Below, piece by piece: positions 57,752 to 64,000 of a DNA stretch of 64,000 nt (position 1 is the stretch's first letter; each line of letters begins with the position of its first letter). The DNA is from Candidatus Sericytochromatia bacterium (GTDB lineage: Bacteria > Cyanobacteriota > Sericytochromatia > S15B-MN24 > UBA4093), in contig JAKFCT010000029.1 of NCBI GenBank assembly GCA_036676495.1, positions 32,001 through 96,000 of the forward strand, in the 5' to 3' direction. Made by a program: the position numbers and the translations under genes. The notes beneath the pieces were generated by a model. The model saw only the letters and a list, made by a program, of their open reading frames with translations, had not been told where the DNA came from and ran no database searches.

Positions 57752-58926
57752 GAATCACCCTGATCGCCTCGGACGAGTCGACCGCTCCCCTGTACCGCGT
57801 GCGCCTCCTGGCACGGGTGCTGGCCCGGCGCTTCGAGGTGGAGGTGCTGGGCTACCACTTCGACCCCGCCGAGCTCGACCCGCGCGCCCCGCGGGACTTC
57901 CCTTACCGGGCCGTTGCAGCCCGTCCGCTCCCGGGCTTCCTGGAAGACGCCCGCAAGCTGGCCTCCATGGTGAGCGGGGACGTGCTCTACGCCATGAAGC
58001 CGCGCCCGACCTCCTTCGGCACGGCCCTCGCACTCGCGCGGCGGCGCGGGATCCCCCTGGTCGTGGACGTGGACGACTGGGAACCCACCATGATCCACCC
58101 CTACTCCCGGCATGCCCTCAAGAACGCCGCCTACGCCCTGCCCCGGCTGAGACATCCCAACAACTACCTCTTCACGGCCGCCTTCGACCGCTTGATCGGC
58201 CTGGCCGACGGCGTCACGACGGTCTCGCGCTTCTTCCAGGAGCGCTACCGCCGCGGCGCGCAGCCCTTCGTCCTGGCTCCTCAGTACGTGGACACCGTGC
58301 GCTTCGATCCCGCCCGTTACGATCGCGAGGCCTTGCGCCGGGAACTGGGCTGCGCAGGCTTCACGCTGGTCTTTGCGGGCATCGCCCAGCCCAACAAGGG
58401 GGTGGGAGAGATCCTCGAGGCGCTCAGGCGGTTGCCGGATCGCCCCTGGGAGCTGCTGATCGTGGGTCCCAAGACGCCCTATGCGCTCTCGCTGGCCGAA
58501 CAGGAGCCTCGCGTGAGGCTCTTGGGCACTCAGCCTCCCGAAGAGACGCCCAAATACCTGGCCCTGGCGGACGCGGTGGCCCTTCCGCAGCGCGCCGAGC
58601 CCGCCTCCCTGGGGCAGATGCCGATGAAGCTCTTCGAGGCGATGGCCATGGGCTGTCCGGTGGTCTCGACGCGGCTGGCGGACATCCCGGAGGTGCTGGA
58701 CGGCTGCGGCATGGTGGTTTCACCGGGGGATCCGGCGGCCCTGGCCGAAGCCCTGGCGGCGCTCATGACCCATCCCGCGCAGGCCCGGCAGCTCGGAGAG
58801 GCCGCCCGCCGGAAGGTGCTCTCGGCGTATAGCTACGATCGGGGCGCCCAGGTGCTCGGGGACCTGATGATGGAGGTGGCGGGGCGTTCCGGCGTTCCGC
58901 GGACCGAAAGAGAGGCGTCATGCTGA
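57748..58926 (+). CDS. Glycosyltransferase family 4
   Basis: PNKG, PMKLFEAMAMGCPVV, GT-B fold motifs. Confidence 0.9.
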   Translation: MRITLIASDESTAPLYRVRLLARVLARRFEVEVLGYHFDPAELDPRAPRDFPYRAVAARPLPGFLEDARKLASMVSGDVLYAMKPRPTSFGTALALARRRGIPLVVDVDDWEPTMIHPYSRHALKNAAYALPRLRHPNNYLFTAAFDRLIGLADGVTTVSRFFQERYRRGAQPFVLAPQYVDTVRFDPARYDREALRRELGCAGFTLVFAGIAQPNKGVGEILEALRRLPDRPWELLIVGPKTPYALSLAEQEPRVRLLGTQPPEETPKYLALADAVALPQRAEPASLGQMPMKLFEAMAMGCPVVSTRLADIPEVLDGCGMVVSPGDPAALAEALAALMTHPAQARQLGEAARRKVLSAYSYDRGAQVLGDLMMEVAGRSGVPRTEREASC

Positions 58927-60173
58927 CGAATGAGCAGATCATCTGCCTGTCGATCACGCCCTGGGAGACCCATCTGCCGAGCTCGGGGCATTACCTCATG
59001 CGGGAGTTCGCCCGGCGAAACCGGGTGCTCTTCGTGGATCGCCCCTTGAGCGTGAAGGATCTCTGGACGCATCGGCAGAACCCCGAGATGGCCGCGCGGC
59101 TGGCGCGGACGCTGCGCCGGGAGAACCCCTTGCGATCCTGGGGGATCGCGGGGCTGGACGGCTGGGTGCTCACGCCTCCCCCCACCCTGCCCATCAACGG
59201 CCTGGACTCCGGGGCCCTCTACGAGAGCGGCTTCGTGGCCAATTCCCAGGTGCTGCGCCACAGCGTCCGCTGGGCCATGGACGCGCTGGAGATGGAGGAG
59301 CCGATCCTCTGGATCTCGTTCGAGCTTCCCATGGGGGCGGGCCTGCTGGGGACGCTGGGGGAATGCCTGAGCGTCTACCATTGCTTCGACGAGGTGCTCG
59401 GAGAGCCGTACCTGGCCCGCCATGGGCGAGAGCTCGAGGGGATTCTCTTCGAGCGCGCCGACCTGGTCTTCGCGAGCTCGCGCAAGCTGGCTCGGGACCG
59501 GGAGGCGATCCGGCCGGATATCCAGTTCGTGCCGAACGGCGTGGACTTCGCGTCCTATCACCGGGCCGCCGACCCCAAGCTCGCCATCCCCGACGAGTTG
59601 CGGGCGATCCCCCGACCTCGGATCGGCTACCTGGGCAATCTCGAGGCAAGGGTGGATTACGCGCTGATCGAGCGGGTGGCGCTGACGCGTCCGGACTGGT
59701 CGATCGTGCTGGTGGGGCCCAGCGAGGGCTACTGGAGAGAGAAGCTGGCCATCTTGGAGAAGCTCTCCAACGTCTACTGGCTGGGCAAGCGAGCGCCGGG
59801 GGAGGCGCCGGCGATCCTGAAGGCCTTCGATGCGGCGATCATCCCGTTCGTGCGATCGCCGCAGACCGAGGCCATCTATCCGCTCAAGCTCAACGAGTAC
59901 CTGGCGGCCGGCAAATCGGTGGTGATGACCCCGTTCGCCGACCTGCGGGAGTTCCAGAACGTGGCCTGGATCGCCCCGGATGCCGCGTCCTTCATCGGTG
60001 CCCTGGAGGAGGCGATCCTCCCGGTGGATCCCGGCATGCTCCGCATGCGCTGGCGCGTCGCGCAGGAAAATGACTGGCGCGACCGGGCGACGGTCATCGC
60101 CCAGGTGCTGGCGCAGCGGTTGAGCGCGCGTCCTCCGAGGCGCCGGCTCGCAGGAAGGAGGAATCTCGCATGA
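58920..60173 (+). CDS. GT-B glycosyltransferase (TuaH-like)
   Basis: VYHCFDE, VPNGVD, PRIGYLG, PLKLNEYLAAG motifs. Confidence 0.88.
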   Translation: MLTNEQIICLSITPWETHLPSSGHYLMREFARRNRVLFVDRPLSVKDLWTHRQNPEMAARLARTLRRENPLRSWGIAGLDGWVLTPPPTLPINGLDSGALYESGFVANSQVLRHSVRWAMDALEMEEPILWISFELPMGAGLLGTLGECLSVYHCFDEVLGEPYLARHGRELEGILFERADLVFASSRKLARDREAIRPDIQFVPNGVDFASYHRAADPKLAIPDELRAIPRPRIGYLGNLEARVDYALIERVALTRPDWSIVLVGPSEGYWREKLAILEKLSNVYWLGKRAPGEAPAILKAFDAAIIPFVRSPQTEAIYPLKLNEYLAAGKSVVMTPFADLREFQNVAWIAPDAASFIGALEEAILPVDPGMLRMRWRVAQENDWRDRATVIAQVLAQRLSARPPRRRLAGRRNLA

Positions 60174-61036
60174 GCGCTCCCGTCCTCGACATCATCATCG
60201 TGAACTGGAACACCCGGGACCTGCTCTCCCGGACCCTCGACTGCGTCGAGGCCACGGTCTGCACGCCCCATACCTGCTGGGTGGTCGACAACGGCTCGTC
60301 CGACGACTCCGTCGCGCACGTCCGGGAGCGCTTCCCATGGGTGCAGATCATCGCCAACTCCGACAACCTGGGCTTCGCGGCCGCCAACAACCAGGCCATC
60401 CTCGAGGCGCGCGGGCGGTACGCGCTCCTCTTGAACTCGGATACCGAGGTGCAGCCGGGGGCGATCGACCGGCTGATCCAGTACATGGATGCCAACCCGG
60501 AAGTCGGACTTTGCGGCCCCAAGCTGCTCAACGCCGATCGCAGCCTGCAGCCTTCCGCGCGCAACTTCTACAGCACCTTCGGATCGCTCATCGAGAACAA
60601 GCTGATCGCGCAGTTCTGGAAGACGCCCCGCTCCCAGACCCGCTTCCTCAGCTACTGGGACCATTCGTACACCCGTCCGGTGGACTGGGTGACCGGGGCC
60701 TGCATGCTCGCACGGATGGACACGATTCGCCGGGTCGGCCTTCTCGATACCGCCTTCTTCATGTACGGCGAGGAGATCGACTGGCAAATGCGCATGCAGA
60801 AGGCCGGCTACCCGATCCACTTCGTGCATGACGCCGAGGTCATCCATCTGGGAGGCGGCTCCTCGCAGCAGGCCTTCCAGAAGATGCGGCGCCAAGAGTA
60901 CCTGAGCCGCCAGATCCTGATCGACAAGCACTACCCGCCCCATACCCGGGCCGTCTTCCGGGTCAAGACCGCTGTGGGCATCGGCTTCTGGAAGGCGCTG
61001 GCCACCCTCTCCGGGAAGAAGCTGGAGCAGGTTTAG
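60170..61036 (+). CDS. Glycosyltransferase family 2
   Basis: IIVNWN, VVDNGSSD, NLGFAAANN, LLNSD, GACML, FFMYGEEID motifs. Confidence 0.93.
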   Translation: MSAPVLDIIIVNWNTRDLLSRTLDCVEATVCTPHTCWVVDNGSSDDSVAHVRERFPWVQIIANSDNLGFAAANNQAILEARGRYALLLNSDTEVQPGAIDRLIQYMDANPEVGLCGPKLLNADRSLQPSARNFYSTFGSLIENKLIAQFWKTPRSQTRFLSYWDHSYTRPVDWVTGACMLARMDTIRRVGLLDTAFFMYGEEIDWQMRMQKAGYPIHFVHDAEVIHLGGGSSQQAFQKMRRQEYLSRQILIDKHYPPHTRAVFRVKTAVGIGFWKALATLSGKKLEQV

Positions 61037-61149
61037 ATTAAATTTTGATTAAATCGATCACGGGGCCAGCATTAACGCGAATTTAACGCCCGATGAGACG
61101 CATGTGGACCTGAGCCTCGGTTCGGGACCCCACGCTTTCCCTTTGTCGT

Positions 61150-61193
61150 GTGTGACGGCGCCCCCAGTCTCTGGGGGCGCCGTCGCGCGTTTG
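61150..61193. terminator. Strong terminator hairpin
   Basis: GTGACGGCGCCCCCAG-TCT-CTGGGGGCGCCGTCGC stem followed by GTTT. Confidence 0.7.
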
Positions 61194-61241
61194 GCTCCCG
61201 CGCAGGCAGAGACGCGCAGGCAGGGACGCCTGCGCCACTGA

Positions 61242-61940
61242 TCAGGGCAGGTCGAAGAGCAGGACTTCGCCGGAATCGGGGGTCTCCAGCCGGAGCTGCT
61301 CCTCGTCGACGAGCTGGGCGCCGTCTCCCGCCGCCATGGGCTGACCGTTCAAGAGGACGTTGCCGCGGGCCACGTGGAGGTAGGCCTTCCGGCCGGGCGT
61401 CAGGGGCTGCGAGAGGCTCTCCCCGGCCTGGAGGAGGGCGATGGAGAGGCGGGCGTCCTGGTGAATCGTGACCGAGCCGTCGCGACCGTCGGGCGAGGCG
61501 ACGAGGCGCAGCTTGCCGCGCTTGGAGGCCTCGGGGAAGGTCTTCTGCTCGTAGCTGGGAGGCAGTCCCTTCCGGTCGGGAAGGATCCAGATCTGGAAGA
61601 AGTGGACCGGGTGATCGGGAGAGGGGTTGAACTCGCTGTGCCGCACGCCGGTGCCGGCGCTCATGCGCTGGACGTCGCCGGGCCGGATGACCGAGGTATT
61701 GCCCATGGAGTCCCGGTGCTGGAGTTCGCCGTCGAGGACGACGGAGACGATTTCCATGTCGGCGTGGGGGTGGGTTCCGAAGCCCATGCCGGGGGCGACG
61801 GTGTCGTCGTTGAGGACGCGCAGCACCGAGAAGCCCATGTGGCGGGGGTCGAAGTAGTCCGCGAAGGAAAAGGTGTGATAGGTGTCGAGCCAGCCATGAT
61901 GGGCATGGCCGCGCTCATGGCTGGGGCGCAGGGTGATCAT
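61242..61940 (-). CDS. Pirin family protein (YhhW-like)
   Basis: [50 protein letters not shown] motifs. Confidence 0.94.
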   Translation of the reverse strand: MITLRPSHERGHAHHGWLDTYHTFSFADYFDPRHMGFSVLRVLNDDTVAPGMGFGTHPHADMEIVSVVLDGELQHRDSMGNTSVIRPGDVQRMSAGTGVRHSEFNPSPDHPVHFFQIWILPDRKGLPPSYEQKTFPEASKRGKLRLVASPDGRDGSVTIHQDARLSIALLQAGESLSQPLTPGRKAYLHVARGNVLLNGQPMAAGDGAQLVDEEQLRLETPDSGEVLLFDLP

Positions 61941-61971
61941 GAGGGACCTCCGGGTTGAAGCCGCCAAAAAG

Positions 61972-62007
61972 AGTTCTAATTAGAACTAATTTCTTTTTAG
62001 CTGTCAA
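61972..62007 (-). promoter_or_regulatory. Pirin promoter with overlapping 16-bp palindromic operator
   Basis: Minus strand TTGACA-N17-TCTAAT; the perfect palindrome AGTTCTAATTAGAACT (61972-61987) covers the -10. Confidence 0.7.
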
Positions 62008-62264
62008 CCCCATTTTGCTCAGGATCAGAGCCATGGCGGGCGCGGAGGCCCGCCCCCCGGGCACATCGGCTTGGGTCGCGCACCAAGGCTGCGGCTTGGG
62101 GCGGCATCCCCAGGATCTGCCGGTGGCGCGGGCGTCTCTGCCGCGATCTCAACATTGGGCATCGCAGCGCGGATCGAGTAGAATGGTGAGGATTGGCCTG
62201 CGGAAGCGCCGGGGAGCGCGTCCCGCAAGGTGAAGGATACCGCAGCGATTAGGAGGTCCTCTCA

Positions 62265-64000
62265 ATGTCCCAGACCATGACCCCGCCGGTTGCCCGCCGT
62301 TTGCCGAACGCCGGCACGACGTTCGACCTGGATCAGCTCACGTCCGGCATCCGCGAGTTCAACGACCGCGGTCAGCTCGGCCTGGATCCGCTCGCCGAGA
62401 TGTACCGGAGCCGCCGCGAGACCTGGAGCCTGTTCACTCCGGGCATGCGCGACGAGGAGATCGAGGCCCTGCGGGAGTACCTCTTCCCCTACCGCGAGCT
62501 GCCTTCGACTCCCCAGTCCGAGCCCATCGCCGTTTACAACTTCACGGCCGGCCAGTGGCGCAAGCCCAAGAGCGGCAAGACGATGGCCTTCAACTCGCTC
62601 TACGACAAGCGCGTGCCGTTCGCCTCGGTGCCCGACTCCCAGGCCGAGGACGTCGAAGAGGCCATCTCCTACGCCTACGACTTCTGGACCTCGCTCGAGT
62701 GGAGCACCGAGACCGTGGCGTACCGCAAGTGGGTGGTCTCCAACTGGTCGCGCATGATGGAGTACTTCTACGAGGAGGTCATGCGCGAGATCCGGCATGA
62801 GATCCCGAAGACCCGCCTCGAGGGCAACAAGGACTACTGGGAGGCCAAGCGCGCGGCCGATCACATCGCGGGGAACGCCGAGAAGGCCATGCGCGGCGAG
62901 ATCGTCCCCCAGATGGTCGCGAACCAGACTTACTGGAAGAACGCCTACATCCCGGCGGGCGTGTCGGCCGTCATCACCCCGATGAACTTCATCTACGGCA
63001 TCCCCGGCATCCAGATCATCGGCTGCTACATGGCGGGCGCCCCCATGATCTTCAAGGGCCACCCCTTCGGGGCGGTCTCCAACACGGTCATGATCCGCAT
63101 GCTCCTGGCTGCCGGCGCCGATCCCCGCGCCGTCCAGAAGCTCGAGGGCGGAGCGGGCATCACCAGCCTTTCCTCCGACGAGCGCATCGCCGTCGTCTCC
63201 GTGACCGGCTCCGAGATGACCGCCCTCAAGATCACCGAGAGCCGCGGCCTGCGCCCGACCAAGTTCGAGGGCGGCGGCAGCAACTGGGCCTGGATCGACG
63301 ACGGCTACTCCGATGCGGAGCTGGAGAAGATCGCCATCCGCCTGACCTACTCCAAGCTCGGCTTCTCCTCGCACAAGTGCACGACCCTTCACGGCATCGC
63401 CGCGTCGCCGGCCACCCTGGCCAAGGTGATCGGCTACGTCAACGCCGAGATGGACCGCTGGGTGATCCGGAACCCCGCCCTGGTCAGCGATGAGGCCACC
63501 AAGGTGATCGGCCCCAACATGGTCCACAAGGCCCAGACCGTCACCAACATCCAGGAAGCGGCGCGCCAGGCGGGCTGCGCGATCCTGCGCGAGGGCGGCA
63601 AGGTCACCGGCAGCGCCTACGGCTACGAGGTCGATCCGGACTACGCGGCCAACGCCGAGGTCATCGCCCCGGTGATCCTCAAGGTCACCCCGGACGTCAA
63701 GCTCACCTGCGACTGGGACGGCAAGGGCGAGCTGACGTTCGCCCCGGCCACCACCGAGTACTTCATGCCGATCCTCTGCGCGATGGAGGTCTCCTCCTTC
63801 GAGGATTACCTGCGCTTCTCGCTGGTCACCAACCCGCATGACCTGGCCAACTCGATCTGGACCCGCGACGACGCCAAGCTCGTCAAGGCCCGCCAGATCC
63901 TCGGCGGCATGCTCAAGGAGAACGACGGCACGGATTCGGCCCTCGAGTGGGAGGAGTTCGGAGCGTCGGGCATCGGCGGCTCGGGCAACATGGGCGTCGG
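62265..64000 (+). CDS. Divergent aldehyde dehydrogenase family protein (3' truncated by window)
   Basis: Not in the ORF track because there is no stop. AGGAGG then ATG 62265; ITPMNF, IFKGHP, VTGS, FEGGG (catalytic Glu), HKC (catalytic Cys), EYFMP, FGASGIGG. Confidence 0.85.
   Translation, partial: MSQTMTPPVARRLPNAGTTFDLDQLTSGIREFNDRGQLGLDPLAEMYRSRRETWSLFTPGMRDEEIEALREYLFPYRELPSTPQSEPIAVYNFTAGQWRKPKSGKTMAFNSLYDKRVPFASVPDSQAEDVEEAISYAYDFWTSLEWSTETVAYRKWVVSNWSRMMEYFYEEVMREIRHEIPKTRLEGNKDYWEAKRAADHIAGNAEKAMRGEIVPQMVANQTYWKNAYIPAGVSAVITPMNFIYGIPGIQIIGCYMAGAPMIFKGHPFGAVSNTVMIRMLLAAGADPRAVQKLEGGAGITSLSSDERIAVVSVTGSEMTALKITESRGLRPTKFEGGGSNWAWIDDGYSDAELEKIAIRLTYSKLGFSSHKCTTLHGIAASPATLAKVIGYVNAEMDRWVIRNPALVSDEATKVIGPNMVHKAQTVTNIQEAARQAGCAILREGGKVTGSAYGYEVDPDYAANAEVIAPVILKVTPDVKLTCDWDGKGELTFAPATTEYFMPILCAMEVSSFEDYLRFSLVTNPHDLANSIWTRDDAKLVKARQILGGMLKENDGTDSALEWEEFGASGIGGSGNMGV

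Noticed and set aside
62262-63839. 525-aa minus-strand ORF
   Set aside because: Antisense shadow of the plus-strand aldehyde dehydrogenase, which has the RBS and catalytic motifs.

Overview
A 64 kb chromosomal window from a high-GC (by eye roughly 65-70%), diderm, flagellated bacterium. A Firmicutes-type 6S RNA, mfd-prsA-yabN synteny, TolC, lipoproteins and cyanobacteria-like rimI and helicase genes suggest a non-photosynthetic cyanobacterial relative such as Sericytochromatia; this is an inference only. In order, the window holds: the start of a lower-GC pseudaminic-acid locus (methyltransferase-pseB-pseC-pseG); 6S RNA; tsaE/tsaB/rimI interrupted by an internally deleted, frameshifted flagellin; FapA; a four-gene DNA-processing operon (inactive UvrD-like protein, active UvrD-like helicase, Fe-S PD-(D/E)XK nuclease, RecJ); a GIY-YIG nuclease flanked by perfect 29-bp palindromic inverted repeats; tyrS with a PdtaS/PdtaR-type ANTAR two-component system; citrate synthase, mdh, pabB/pabC, two ABC exporters and an IS5-derived MITE; a 5'-nucleotidase with Pho-box-like repeats; a Bat-like VWA/TPR cluster; mfd/prsA/yabN; a Wzy-type exopolysaccharide operon; pirin; and a partial divergent aldehyde dehydrogenase. 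The most striking candidates for undescribed biology are four. (1) The EPS operon's chain-length co-polymerase carries an N-terminal sigma-70 region-2-like domain, in an operon led by a STAS protein and using TolC rather than Wza. (2) The REP-flanked GIY-YIG cassette may be a selfish element. (3) The tripartite AdnAB/AddAB-like helicase-nuclease sits with RecJ. (4) A possible sRNA lies behind 11-bp-period TTAA boxes. All calls are from reading the sequence by eye; no searches were run.
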